Source of the DNA: an uncultured Nitrososphaeraceae archaeon
GTDB taxonomy: Archaea > Thermoproteota > Nitrososphaeria > Nitrososphaerales > Nitrososphaeraceae
Assembly: GCA_963825865.1 (NCBI GenBank)
Contig: CAWGVG010000027.1
Span: forward strand, 64,001-128,000
Reading direction: 5' to 3'
Length of the DNA: 64,000 nt
Under the pieces are notes generated by a model. It was given only the letters and a program-made list of their open reading frames with translations, did no database searches and was not told where the DNA came from. Below, in pieces: positions 20,881 to 34,049 of this stretch. Every line of letters starts with the position of its first letter. Within the stretch, counting starts at the first letter, position 1. The position numbers were made by a program, and so were the translations under genes.

Positions 20881-23597
20881 TCACCTGCTCCAAAATAATT
20901 CGTCCAAATTTGACTGGCGTGGCTTGCCTAGGATGGATTTAAAATTATAGTTAAGAGATGATAGAAGCTGATCGAAAGTTGCTTCCATAGCCTCAAGATA
21001 TTTTTCTGTATCTATCTCTTCTGCCTTTGCCAGATCTACAGGTTTGACACCATCTCCTGTCTTTGTTTTTACATATGAAATAATATCTCCAGTCTTGATT
21101 TCCTTTCCTATGTCCACCAGTAATTTTGCTGCTTTGATATGCTGAGGTAATCCTTTGTAGCTTTCAACTTCTTTATCTTTGCCATCCAGTGAAGTTGCTT
21201 TGGTACCATTTGTCCTCTTGCCATATTTATCCTGGGGACTTATTTATCATTACGTTAAAGCTGAGGTCTGCTGGTGGTATTCTGCGCAATTCTAAATTCC
21301 TGGCGTTTTCTTGTATAATATTTTTGATCTTTTCTTTGGCAAACTCAAAATCCTTTTCTGAATTCACTTTACTCAAAATATCCAAAATATTGTAGAATGC
21401 ACTCCGTATAAACGGAGGAGTATGTGATTTCTTTCCAGTCAAACCTTTGACATCTACTGTGCCATCATCTAGAACGCCTAGATAATTTTTCTTTAAATCA
21501 CTGAACACCACATAACGATATTGCTTATCTATTTCAAGGTCCACGCCAAGGTTACTTCTTGCCCAACTAGATATTATATCAAGTCTTGCCTCAGAAGGGT
21601 TTTTTAAAAAAAGGGAGTCAGTATCTCCATATATCACATCCATGCCTATTTCTTTACATTTCTCAATTGTCTTTGTTATTGTGGTTCTTCCAATTGCGGC
21701 AGTTGCATCGGCTACTGGCAGGCAATAGAGTGGGAATATCTCTGCTCCCATTACTCCATAACTAGCATTAAGAATTACCTTGATTGCTTGGCTAACTACA
21801 TTATATAGCTGCCGTTCTTCAGAAGTGATTGTTTTGTCTTTGGCTAAGTGTTTGTAGTAATTGACCCTTAAATCGCGCAGCGATCCGATCAAAAGAGAAG
21901 TTAATCCTCTCTTTTCTTTGCATATCCAATGTGTAGTTCCCGGTATCTGCTGGTTGAGATCATTTTTGCAAGATTGATGTGGGCAGTTAACAGTCTCATA
22001 GGAAAGATTATGTACTTTGATAATACTCGGATATAGACTTGCAAAGTCTACCACAACGACATTAAAATGGATACCAAGCGTAGGCTCGACTACTAATCCA
22101 CCTCGATACTTCTTTTCTTTTATTATTGCAGTAGTTGAAGCAGTTCCCTTTGCTTGCAGTTCATCGCGTCTTGGAATCAGCAGGTTTCGTTGGCGATGTT
22201 CATAATATAACATTCCCCTGATCCACTGGTTAACACCAAAGCGTGCAATATCGTCTATAGATAACCTTCCGATTCTTGCAATAACCACGAAAAGTTTCAT
22301 CAACAAATTATCATTGAAACTGGTTAATCTGAAAGTAAGTTCAGCATCTTTAAGGCAATATTGTGCTAGTTTTTGGATTGGCAGCTCGCTGATATCGCCT
22401 TCAAATTCAATTTTGCTATCATTTAGTAGAGCTTCGCAAATAGCCTTAAGTGTATATTCTGAGTATTTGTGACTAAAAGCATAGATTTGTACGGATCTGT
22501 TTTGGAAGGTTCTAAACAAATCAATATGCAGTCCATGTTTTGTTTGAACAGGCTCTGCTTGAGTGCCTCGTTTTATAAAAGTCTCTCTTTTTATTTTGAT
22601 TGGAATTTCATCTTTTGAAATGATCATTTTGCTTATTGGATCAATGCTTGGATCCTGCGATCTCGCATAAAGATATGGAAGATCAAAATCATCACCGTTA
22701 TAGGTAACGATAACTGGATATGAATCTTATAATTTTAAATGCTTTTTGTAAGCAATTCTTTTTCAGTATTGCAAATTTCTGCTTCAACGATTAAAGGAGT
22801 GCCATTATCATGGAATTTGTTTTCTTGTTCTAATACTAGCACTTTTTTGAATCCATCATTTGCGACAAATCCAACCGCAATAACACGCCTATCATGGTCG
22901 TGTGGAGTAGGCATTCTACCTTCTTCAGATTCAACTTCGATATCGACAGAAACCCTCTTCAGATCAGGAATAGGCTGATTGAGAAGCGTTGCCCATCTTG
23001 TAATATATTGTTGGTATTCTTCATTCTTTTCCTTTCCCACCGCCTCTTCGTTTATTTTATTCCATAACAGGTTCTTTAATTCCTGTTGAACTTTATCAGA
23101 GATTTGGTATTCGAAATTGTATAATTTCTTCTCTTTTTCTAATATAATATGCTCCTGGAATTAATCCAGTATCGTAAAGATAATTTTCATGGTATTTTAT
23201 ATCTGCTTCCCATGAAGTGACTTTTTCTCTGATGCTGTTTTCTGTCCCACCAATTGATAGTGGATCAGGAGCAATTATCTTTAGAAGTTCGATCTTTCTT
23301 ATCAGAGATCAGATCTTGTTTGTTAGTACGTTCTATTGTATACTTTTTTTCTTTCTCAATAATCTTTTCAACTGTACTGCTATACTGCATCTTTGTATAG
23401 CAGTAGGGCTTGTGATTCGTTCTGTCACGCCAGAAGTATATAGTGTTATCTTTCAAATCATAGAATTTCAGGTAAACCTTTTGCTCGTCTCCTGAATAGA
23501 TGGCCGACAGTAACAGAGCAGGTCTGTTTTCTGGCAGTTCTTGCAATTCATCAAACATTTTTCTTTTTTCTGACAGAAACTGTTCCTGCTGAGCCAA
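20881..23597 (-). CDS. polB: Family B DNA polymerase; split by frameshifts
   Basis: DIEV exonuclease I, DFASLYPS, KVILNASYG, YGDTDS, KKNY; C-terminal PIP-like QSNLDELF. Confidence 0.95.
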
Positions 23598-24206
23598 TGT
23601 GTTATTTAATGTCGCTTATGAATCATATTAAAAGTTTCATATCAAAATTACATCTTGTTCTAGTATTATAATATTATGTACGAGTGCAGGTAGAATTGTT
23701 TGTTATATGAGTTAAAATCTGAAATAAATTTTTTCGTACGCTTACAAAAAATGATAAACGGTTTACTAGCATTACCAATTATTACTTCTTCTATTTTTTT
23801 GTTTATTCGTCTTTAATTACCTTCCTCTTATGGATGCTTAATTATTCATTTTTGATTTATTTTCATCTATATTAGGCAAAAAAGTTGTTGTTGTTCATAT
23901 CATGCTGATGCTTCAAATACTATCCTGGCCTTGCCTATCAAACGTACCTTTACTGAGAGATTCGTAAAGAAAGATTGCACGCTTGACTATATATTATTTA
24001 ATATCCCCTGATGAGTGCGATAATAATAATAAAAAAATGGAGAAAAACTTGACACTTGCATTTTATATTTTTAGATTATATGTCAGCATTTTTGGAGACA
24101 CTCTATAGAATTGATGATGTTGATCTAGATTAATTATCAACTTTGATAAATTGCTGCGACTCTTTTTGATAAATATGTAGATGAGTTAGCCAGATGTATA
24201 TATCAA

Positions 24207-24533
24207 ATGCCATTGCAAGATTTTTTACTTCCTTTGGAAAATGTAAAGTTTCAAAGCAAAACTCTTGTTGACTATGCAAATAAAAAATACAAAGTTGTTT
24301 TTACAGATAAGAGGTTCATTTTATACGCACAGAGAGGACACTTTATAAAATCAGATGATCTAGTCAGTGAGCGTCTGGATAGACTTAACGGGCTCGAATA
24401 TTCGGAAAAGGGATTAATGTTTCGATCGGCTAGGATTTCTATACGAGGTACTACAAAGCTAGACATTCGTGGTCCAATTTCAGAATTAAAGCCATTATTT
24501 CATGCTATGGAGTCTATTATTAAAAGTGCATGA
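24207..24533 (+). CDS. PH-like domain protein
   Basis: VVFTDKRFILY...LEYSEKGLMFRSARISI pattern of prokaryotic PH domains. Confidence 0.7.
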   Translation: MPLQDFLLPLENVKFQSKTLVDYANKKYKVVFTDKRFILYAQRGHFIKSDDLVSERLDRLNGLEYSEKGLMFRSARISIRGTTKLDIRGPISELKPLFHAMESIIKSA

Positions 24534-25184
24534 TCATAATACACAGGCGTAATTAAATAATTATCTTGCTGCTCAAAGGTTCAATCTTCCTCTGTTATCC
24601 TCTTTAAAATGCAAATTTATCAGATTAATTCTACCAAGTTTCTCTTATCGGTATCTGGAACCTATTGGATTCCTGCCTTTCTTATGATTACATCAACAAT
24701 ACTGCCATAGTTTCCAGATGGGGCCACAACCACCTTATTTCCATATGCCAACGAGTTACGTACAATGGCATTTGTAGATGCGCCGTGCTCCATTCTCAAT
24801 TTACTATAATATAGCATGCTTCCCTTACGCAAGATGTAGAGTAGTTTCAATAATTATAGATTGCATAACAGTATATATAGTCAGCATTAGTATCTCTAAA
24901 AAGTTACATGTTTACAGCCAAGAGATGTCAATTCAATTCCTAATGTTTGTCGTCATCTATTCATAAAAAATCAGAATTATTACATCAAGTATTATTATCC
25001 AATAATTTGCAATTTTGTTATATGATAAATAGAAAGCTCTAAAATCAGCTCTTTTGCAAGAGATGCTGGACCTATTTTTTGTTGCATAAACGGTTAGATC
25101 TCTCTCAAATTATATTATAATATTGATATTATTTGCAGTAGGCTTATTATACGTTATAAGACGATAAATCATTGTCTCATTTAA

Positions 25185-26476
25185 ATGGGTTATCGATTCA
25201 AAGAACAAGATAGTCATCCCCAACATAAAGAATCAAGAGATGTAGAGAATGTTCTTGTGTTGCAAGGAGGAGGCTCGTTAGGAGCATTTGCGTGTGGGGT
25301 ATTCAAAGCATTAGTAAAAAAGAATGTGAGAATAGACATAGTTGCAGGTACTTCTATAGGGGCTGTAAATGCTGCCATAATTGTTGGAAGCAAAAGTGAC
25401 CATCCTGAAAAAGAGTTGGAAAACTTTTGGATAGAGGTTGCAGAAAGTAGTCCTAATATTATTCCAGATATTTTTGTCCTTGATTATGATAATAACGCTA
25501 GGAAATACGTATCCAAGAAAATATCCGCTCGCTTCGGCTAATGCTGCGATGTTTGGTGTTCCTAAAATGTTTACTCCTGTATGGTGGCGTTGGTTGCCTT
25601 GGTCGCCTTGGAACCAATATGAAGATGATGATGACAATAAGATTTATGATCGCAATAAAAGAGAACAACAAGAACACTACTATGACTTTCTTAACCCAAG
25701 AAATTGGACTTATTTCTATGATCATTCACAACTTGCAAAAACACTTGATAGATACATAGATTATAAAAAGCTCAACCTTGCTGCAACAGAAGAAGAACTA
25801 CCAGGAGTTCTTCGCCTTATAATAACTGCTGTAGATGTGATGACAGCTAGACCGCTCATATTTGACAATGCAAAAATGGAAATAAAAGCAAAACATATTC
25901 TGGCAAGCTCTGGTTATCCGATATATGGATTTCCGTGGATTGAGGTTAAAGATAATGTATATGCATGGGATGGCAGCCTTCTTAGCAATACTCCCGTAAG
26001 AGAAGTTATTGAAGTATCTCCAAGAAATGATAAAAATATCTTTATTGTAGAAAACTACCCTCGGAAAATACAAAGACTTCCATCTAATATGGCAGAAGTT
26101 GAAAGTAGAGCTAAGGATATCATTTTCAGCGATAAGAATATGGATAATATAAAAATATCAAGGCTTATTACCAGACACATCCAGCTTATAGAAAGCTTGT
26201 ACGATATTGTGCAAAAGAAAGTCAGTCCGACTGAGATTGATCCTCATGAGTTGGAAAAAATAGAGTCAGAATATAACACTCTTATCACCAATTATGGAGC
26301 ACAGATAAAATCTGTTACAAGAATAATTAGAAGTGAATTAGAATCACCAAGCATGCTCGCAAAACGCAGACTTTTCCCCTAAAACAATCAAAGAACTAAT
26401 AGCGCAAGGTGAAACCAAGGCTATGGAAAAGTTATCGTATTGTCAGAGTGTTAAATATGACTTTAATGCAAAGTAG
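25185..26476 (+). CDS. Patatin-like phospholipase; frameshifted
   Basis: LQGGGSLG, GTSIG, WDGSL; C-terminal ADFSPKTIKELIAQG in a shifted frame ending 26476. Confidence 0.9.
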
Positions 26477-26836
26477 TGATTTTTTTTACGCTCAGAGAAA
26501 AATCATGAAAGACATTAAAGATAATAAAGTCTATTATGCTAAAAAATGGCGATTCTACTACAAAAGCAGGGATTCAAAAGTATGTTGAAGAAAATCAAGA
26601 CAAGGAAATTATAAAAAAAGATATGAGATTGACAAGATGTCAGTCGAAGATCAAGATAGACTTTTGAACATGATGGAGAGTTGACAATTACAAAAGTTAG
26701 AAATACAAAAAACAGTAAAAACTAACGTTGTAATCTTTGCGACATCAAACAGTATAAAACGATTAAGTAAACCTCTACCCATAGATTCGCTATTTTTACC
26801 CAAGTCAAGAAGCAAGGATCGGTTATTATTATTATT

Positions 26837-27214
26837 ATGCACGGATACAAGAAAACTATAACATCAAGGTCAAAATCATTGTATGCTATGCTATTTCAAA
26901 TTCTTGCAGTTTGGGGTTGTATGCCTGAGATAACGAAGGACTGCGGAGATATGACAAATGCATCAAGTACATATCTAAGCATTGCTTTAGGAGCTATAAT
27001 TGGTGTAGTAATAAGTTGGTGGGTCTATAAGATGCAGAAGAAAACCGCTGTTAAACAAGATGAGACTCTCAGACACCTCAATGACCTGGAAGAAAGTCAT
27101 GATAGAGTTTTAAAATCTATACAGCGGTTCCAAAAACATCACGAAATGCTCCTCAGTCAATTACTTAATTTGGATAAAAAGATTGATGCCATAATTGAAA
27201 AGGAGGAAAGATAA
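26837..27214 (+). CDS. Single-pass membrane protein with coiled coil
   Basis: YLSIALGAIIGVVISWWVY TM segment followed by a heptad-rich tail. Confidence 0.7.
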   Translation: MHGYKKTITSRSKSLYAMLFQILAVWGCMPEITKDCGDMTNASSTYLSIALGAIIGVVISWWVYKMQKKTAVKQDETLRHLNDLEESHDRVLKSIQRFQKHHEMLLSQLLNLDKKIDAIIEKEER

Positions 27215-28124
27215 TAGAATTCCTCATCTTGAATACAGCTCACTCTTGCTCTTTTTGTCAAATAAGCAAAAATGGAGATGGTAAAGGTAGTGGAGGTATT
27301 TTCCATATCCTTCCTCTTGACGCCTATGAAAAATTTCTTTCTGTGGTTTTGTCAAGTCTCTGTCGGTTTTCTATGTCCTATCCTGACTGTAAACTTTCAT
27401 CGGATGACATATTGATTTCACTAATAAGGTGACGTATTTTATCTGACATTCTTTTTAGAGAATCTCTGTTCGGAACGGGGATATGATATTTCTCAGAATG
27501 TTGTATAATGTATGTTATAGAACCACCGAGTAAATCATATAATCTCTGATTAAGTAAGTCTTTTCATTCTTCTAACATCTTTTTCAATTCATCCATTATT
27601 TTTGCCAAACCTCAAAGTCGTTCATTTTTTAATATTATCAGCCTCTTTAGATTCTTCCCTGAAGACTTTCCCAATAGCTGTAATCAGTTCTCCTTTCCTT
27701 AGTCTATTGTCTATCTGCTTTATACTACTTTCTGTGTTCGTTTACGAGTACTTTCAAATAATTTCTCTTAATTCCTGTAAATATTCCATTAGAATTAACA
27801 AGTTCTAAGGTAGGTGCAAAATTATTTGGGCCTAATGGATTATATTCTATTGAATGTTCGGGTTTCCTAAAAAGTCCTTATGTTCATTGACAGAGAAATA
27901 ACCGCAACTATTAATGGTATTATTGTCCAAACTTTTAAAGTCTCCAATTGATGGGAATATATTGTTTTGTTTCATGGTTGAAGATCATGAGAACAGCTTT
28001 ATAAAAATATATTTTATGATTAGACGATTCAACGATTAGCTAAATGAATTAGTGTTAGATTTATTAGGTTTATTCTTTTGTCCGACAACAGTTAACGCTT
28101 TTTCATTTTGCTAGCAACCGACGC

Positions 28125-28415
28125 TAAGTTAACAGACCCCTTTCTGTTGTTCCTTCTTCAGTTAGTAAAAGATAAAAAGTTTCAAACAATGACTTAACGA
28201 AGATGAGAGTGGACATCTGATTTTCTATCTTGTCCATATTGAAAATGGTTGAGTATTTTTGATTATCACTAATCCTTTCATTTTACTGAACCGGGATTTA
28301 ACAGTTGGTGTAATAACTTTAATTTCCTTTGCAATCTGTCTGTAAGATTTTCTACCCATATTGCATTAGAGAATTGATAATTTCTATCTCTATTTTTGTC
28401 AAGTTTAGTTTCCAA
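28125..28415 (-). pseudogene. Degenerate Lrp/AsnC-family HTH regulator, absent from the ORF track
   Basis: Rejoined: METKLDKIEIEIINSLMQYGRKSYRQIAKEIKVITPTVKSRFSKMKGL...IFNMDKIE; no recognisable C-terminal domain follows. Confidence 0.65.
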
Positions 28416-28635
28416 GATAATTGCAATTCAATAATGTACCTAATAATAATAATTATCCTTGTAAGATAAAACATATGATATTATGCTGATCTTTAATTCG
28501 TAAAGCCTAGGGGTATTAGATCATATTCATATTCATATAATAGTAAAAAAACAAATGTAATAGAGTATATTATAATTCCGTTTTAAACTATTAAGCATAT
28601 TCTGTGATTGTAAAAAAAATAGTAGAATTTGTATG

Positions 28636-29166
28636 TTATTTTGTCATATTGCCCATCTGTCCTTCTGCTGCTAATGGAGTTATTTCATTTACTCCTATGA
28701 CAACGGTGCTTGTATCCGGAAGTTTTATTGGACTGCCTGTTGGATTTTGTATTGCTATATCGGTAGTTACATTATTTCCTTGTGGAATATCTACGTGGTA
28801 AATACACATGCTGCCTGGTTTAGATAATTCCTTTACCAGTTCCATCGAGGCAGGTTTGACATTTGGAGCCTGTCCAACGAGTATCTTCAATGTAGCTACA
28901 GAATTTGCATCGCATGGTAGCTTTGATGCTATATGACCATTCATTATTTTGTACGGTGTGCTATCATAAAGGTGAATGAAGTCATTTGCTGGAATTGTCT
29001 TGCCATCTAACAAGATAGCAGAGGAGTCTCTCACAACACTATTACCTTTTGTCGCATTGCCACTTTGTCCTCTGACATCAGTAGGAGTTGCAATACCTCC
29101 AGCCAATGCTCCAGTTGCTATCATTAACCCTGCCAGAATGACAACAGTTAATTTTTGACTATTCAT
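28636..29166 (-). CDS. Secreted His/Cys-containing protein of the copper island
   Basis: Signal peptide; FIHLYD, GHIASKLPCD, MCIYHVD; Met-containing tail. Confidence 0.8.
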   Translation of the reverse strand: MNSQKLTVVILAGLMIATGALAGGIATPTDVRGQSGNATKGNSVVRDSSAILLDGKTIPANDFIHLYDSTPYKIMNGHIASKLPCDANSVATLKILVGQAPNVKPASMELVKELSKPGSMCIYHVDIPQGNNVTTDIAIQNPTGSPIKLPDTSTVVIGVNEITPLAAEGQMGNMTK

Positions 29167-29340
29167 GGTACCGGTGTTTCTAATGGTTGCTATTAAACTT
29201 ATTATTTTACATTTGAAAGTAAGTTTGACTGGCTGTCAGTAAATAGCTGTTATTGTATCGCCAATATGTGTAATGGGATTTAGAATATTTGACAACGCTA
29301 TTGAGTCAGGCACTAGAAGTAATACAGCCACAAATTTTTC

Positions 29341-29354
29341 TTTACATTTGTAAA
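29341..29354. promoter_or_regulatory. Palindromic operator TTTACA-TT-TGTAAA upstream of the YHS gene
   Basis: Same palindrome at 31454-31467; variant at 29206-29219. Confidence 0.75.
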
Positions 29355-29395
29355 CTTATCATATTATATTTCTGTTTATACATTGGACATATAGC

Positions 29396-29542
29396 ATGGC
29401 AAAAGATCCAGTATGTAATATGATGGTTGATGAAAAGAAAGCACGGCATATCTCTGAAGTAAATGGCGGGCAGAAAGTCTATCTGTGTTCAGCAGACTGT
29501 AAGAGTCAGTTTGATCAAAATCCTAACAAATATGGATACTAA
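29396..29542 (+). CDS. YHS/TRASH small metallochaperone (48 aa), absent from the ORF track
   Basis: MAKDPVCNMMVDEKKA...VYLCSADCKSQFDQNPNKYGY*. Confidence 0.92.
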   Translation: MAKDPVCNMMVDEKKARHISEVNGGQKVYLCSADCKSQFDQNPNKYGY

Positions 29543-29759
29543 AGTCACACACACAGTAATAATAATCGCAGTAGATTTCTTAGCAAGATCAATATACAGA
29601 TTATGTACTTCCTTGAGTATAAGACGCCCGTCAGGGTTGTTTTTAGCGGTTGGCAAGTTTTAGTAACAACATAAACTCATCAAGTGCATAAATTTTACTT
29701 CATCTATCTATAAAATTTAAATGAAGATCCTTTATTTTCTTTTATGTACAATTGAGTTA

Positions 29760-30476
<717 letters not shown>

Positions 30477-30743
30477 GTCTTTTCTCTTTTAACTACATCT
30501 ATTTGTAGAAGAAATATAAAAAAGTATCATAGCCATTGTCATGATTTGACTTCCCAAAAAATTGGTTGATATCTGAGTCTACAAAAGCACATATGCACAT
30601 TTGAATCTAGCCAATTGATTGGAAAAGAAGGCTAGCGAATTTGAATTACATGTTCAAATAGAATATCTTCTCTAAAATGGTATTCTTTGTTGTTGTCCAT
30701 TGTATAATGATAACAGATTACGAAAGATATATTTTATTTTATT

Positions 30744-31265
30744 TTATTTTACATGAAATATTTCATTCACATTTGCAAATGATATGTCCGGCTGAGGACC
30801 TCCGCCAATCACGTAGATCTCATTTCCAATATGTACAGCTCGCTAATCCGTGACGCGCAGTGGGCATAGGATCTTCTTCAGTCCACTTATTTGACAGCGG
30901 ATCGTACCTTTCATTATTATTGAAAGTTTGGGTAGGTGCTTCCCCGCCAAAGACATAGATATTTCCGTTTACACCTGCAGCAGCTATACCTCCTCTTTTT
31001 GTCGGCATCGGAGCTAACTCAGACCAAGAATTAGCTGTTGGATCATATGCTTCATTATTACCTAAATTAGATGATTTACCAGCAGTTCTACCTCCAATTG
31101 CATATAGTTTTCCACTTACAACTGTAGAAGCAAGATGTTGTCTTGAAGTCGGCATCGGAGCTTTCTCAGTCCAAGTATCAGTACGGGGATCATATGCTTC
31201 GTTAACATTTAGCGGCCCAGAGTTGGTACCTCCAACTGCATAAAGTACGCCACTAATGAATTGGG
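30744..31265 (-). pseudogene. 5'-truncated Kelch-repeat protein
   Basis: Repeated LYAIGG...EAYDP...W...APMPT.R units; no N-terminus, begins at the junction with the Lrp fragment. Confidence 0.85.
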
Positions 31266-31412
31266 CTCGACATTGACTAGTCTGTTAAATCTTGCCTTAA
31301 CAGTTGGCGTCGTAATGCCCGTTTCACGAGATATTTCACGAAATGACTTACGACCATCTTTTAACAATGCTTTTAGAATAGATACATCATAACCGTCCAG
31401 TTGAAAAGGCAT
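31266..31412 (-). pseudogene. Lrp/AsnC-type HTH regulator (CopT/CopR-like position), 3'-truncated
   Basis: LDGYDVSILKALLKDGRKSFREISRETGITTPTVKARFNRL; divergent from copA; runs into Kelch sequence after ~48 aa. Confidence 0.8.
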
Positions 31413-31453
31413 CTATTACGTACATGCTTATTTAGCTCGATCTCTATTAAATT

Positions 31454-31467
31454 TTTACAATTGTAAA
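31454..31467. promoter_or_regulatory. Perfect palindrome TTTACAATTGTAAA in the copA/regulator divergent promoter
   Basis: 14-bp palindrome 52 nt upstream of the copA start. Confidence 0.8.
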
Positions 31468-31518
31468 GGTCTATACTTATACATCTGTTTTTCTAGCTAT
31501 AATGTAAGAAGATAAGAT

Positions 31519-33783
31519 ATGGCCAAAGACCCTGTTTGTGGCATGTTTGTTGAAGAAAAGCCAGATGCAATAAGGTATAACAAAGATGGAAGAGAATACT
31601 ACTTTTGCAGTAAGCAGTGCTTAAATGAATTTACTCAGCCTGAAAAAGAGCTAAGAAAGCTCAAGATATATGTTGCTATAAGCATTGCATTAACAATACC
31701 AATAGTAATTCTTAGCTTACCTCATATGTTTCCTACTCAGTTTGGTAGTAGTAGTATTCTCTTTCCTATGGACGTTATGCATTATGGTAATTACATAATG
31801 CTTGCATTAGCTACTCCATTACAATTCTGGATAGGATGGCGCTTCTATAGAGGATTGTGGGATGGAATCAAGGCTAAAGCATCTAATATGGATACACTTA
31901 TTGCGATAGGAACAACGGCTGCTTATTTGTATAGCGCAATAATAACCATAGCTCCTGGATATTTCCCATTCAAATCTGTTTATTATGAAACTGCAGCAAT
32001 CATTATCACCTTAATATTAATTGGAAGGTTGCTTGAAACGAGAACCAAAGAGCGTGCGTCTAATGCTGTAAGAAAGTTGCTTGACCTTCAGCCAAGAATG
32101 GCCAAAGTCATAAGGGAAGGCGGAGGAGGAGTGGAAGTAGAGATTCCTATAGAACAGATACAACAAGGTGAAGTTATGGTCATAAGACCAGGAGAAAGAA
32201 TACCAACGGATGGAATTGTAATAGAAGGTTCCTCTTCCATAGATGAATCCGCAATAACAGGTGAAAGTATTCCAATAGATAAGAAAAAGGAAGATCAAGT
32301 TATAGGAGCAACAATTAACAAAAGTGGACTGCTAAAGGTTAAAGCTACAAAAATTGGGCAAGATACTGTACTTTCACAAATAATAACGCTAGTTGAAGAA
32401 GCAAGGACAGGAAAGGCACAAATGCAAAGGTTAGTGGACCAAGTTGCTAAATACTTTGTTCCAGGAGTTTTAGCAATAGCAATAGGAGTAGGCCTCGGAT
32501 GGTATTTTATTGGTGATATAGGACTGACATTTTCACTTTTGGCATTTGTATCTGTAATAATAATTGCATGCCCTTGTGCGCTGGGAATTGCAACGCCAGC
32601 AGCATTGATGATGGGATCAGGAAAAGGAGCTGAAAATGGTATACTGTTCAAGGGAGGTGAATATTTAGAGATAGCAAAGAAAGTAAATACAATAGTCTTT
32701 GACAAAACAGGAACTTTGACAAAAGGCAAGCCATCAGTAACTGACATAGTAGATTTGTCCGCTGGAATAATAGGTGAAACTGAACTACTCCGACTTACCG
32801 CAATTGCAGAATCAGGATCAGAGCATCCTTTAGGTCAGGCAGTGGTTAATGACGCTAAAGAAAAAGGAATTATAGTATCAAATCCAGATTCATTTGAAGC
32901 AGTATCTGGTCATGGCCTTAGAGCGACATATGCAGATCACACAATCCTTATTGGAAATAGAAAATTAATGGAAGATAACAACATTCCAGTTACCGAAGCT
33001 GTAGAGACTACCCTAAAACAGCTTGAAACTCAAGGTAAAACAGCTACTCTTGTTGCAGTTGATAATAAACTTGCAGGAATAATTGCACTTGCAGATACTA
33101 TAAAAGAAAATGCGAAAGAGACAATTGATATACTCACCAAATCAATGGGAATAAAAGTAGTGATGCTTACTGGAGATAATGAAAGAACTGCTAGAGCCGT
33201 TGCATCCAAACTTGGAATTGAAAGGGTTATTGCTCAAGTATTGCCACAACAAAAAGAACAGATAATCTCTAAGCTAAAAGGGAGTGAAGAAGAAGAAAAG
33301 ATAGTAGTGGCAATGGTAGGCGATGGAATTAATGATGCACCAGCATTAGCAAGAGCTGATCTAGGGATTGCAATAGGTTCTGGAACAGATGTTGCCAAAG
33401 AGACTGGAGGAATTATACTGATAAAAGATGATCTAAGGGATGTTGTGACAGCACTTGATTTAGGAAAGAAAACAGTGTCAAAAATAAAGCAAAACCTTTT
33501 CTGGGCATTTGCATATAATGCTGGATTGATTCCAATAGCTGGTGGTATATTAGTGCCTTTTATGGGGGTTGGGATATTTGGATGGCTTCCTATGCTTGCT
33601 GGTTTAGCAATGGCAATGAGCTCTGTAACAGTAGTTGGGAACTCAATATTGCTTGGAAGATACAAACCAAGGTTTGCAGTTAGTAGACGGTCAAGAAGGG
33701 AAGAAGAGGGAGAAATATCCTCTAAAGAAGATCTAAAACGAGTATATGCTCCAACGACGATGACAACAAAACAAACACAGTAA
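31519..33783 (+). CDS. copA: Cu(I)-translocating P1B-type ATPase with N-terminal YHS domain
   Basis: DPVCGM...FCSKQC, TGES, CPC, DKTGT, SEHP, GDGINDAP, YN and MAMSS. Confidence 0.96.
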   Translation: MAKDPVCGMFVEEKPDAIRYNKDGREYYFCSKQCLNEFTQPEKELRKLKIYVAISIALTIPIVILSLPHMFPTQFGSSSILFPMDVMHYGNYIMLALATPLQFWIGWRFYRGLWDGIKAKASNMDTLIAIGTTAAYLYSAIITIAPGYFPFKSVYYETAAIIITLILIGRLLETRTKERASNAVRKLLDLQPRMAKVIREGGGGVEVEIPIEQIQQGEVMVIRPGERIPTDGIVIEGSSSIDESAITGESIPIDKKKEDQVIGATINKSGLLKVKATKIGQDTVLSQIITLVEEARTGKAQMQRLVDQVAKYFVPGVLAIAIGVGLGWYFIGDIGLTFSLLAFVSVIIIACPCALGIATPAALMMGSGKGAENGILFKGGEYLEIAKKVNTIVFDKTGTLTKGKPSVTDIVDLSAGIIGETELLRLTAIAESGSEHPLGQAVVNDAKEKGIIVSNPDSFEAVSGHGLRATYADHTILIGNRKLMEDNNIPVTEAVETTLKQLETQGKTATLVAVDNKLAGIIALADTIKENAKETIDILTKSMGIKVVMLTGDNERTARAVASKLGIERVIAQVLPQQKEQIISKLKGSEEEEKIVVAMVGDGINDAPALARADLGIAIGSGTDVAKETGGIILIKDDLRDVVTALDLGKKTVSKIKQNLFWAFAYNAGLIPIAGGILVPFMGVGIFGWLPMLAGLAMAMSSVTVVGNSILLGRYKPRFAVSRRSRREEEGEISSKEDLKRVYAPTTMTTKQTQ

Positions 33784-34049
33784 AAGCAAAGTAAGTTACT
33801 TACAATTTATTTCTATAGATAGCCGTAGTAGCTCATAAACTTGTAGCCAGATTTTTTGTAACCTATCTTTTATTTTTTGTTTAATTACAAGAGATGGATC
33901 AAATTCTACTATGATACTATCTATCGTATAACCTGTATCTATTTTCTTGACTGATTTCTAGTTCTTTAGTTGCTTTTCTACAATTGATCATATATTAATT
34001 AATTAAATTACTTTAGGTCTTGTACCTCCGATTTTAATTGATAATACTT

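Noticed and set aside
24560-24966. Short ORFs 24662..24850 and 24778..24966
   Set aside because: No recognisable motif; possibly decayed fragments that cannot be assigned.
27229-27808. Plus-strand ORFs 27229..27432 and 27602..27808
   Set aside because: The minus strand looks more protein-like but is broken and has no assignable family.
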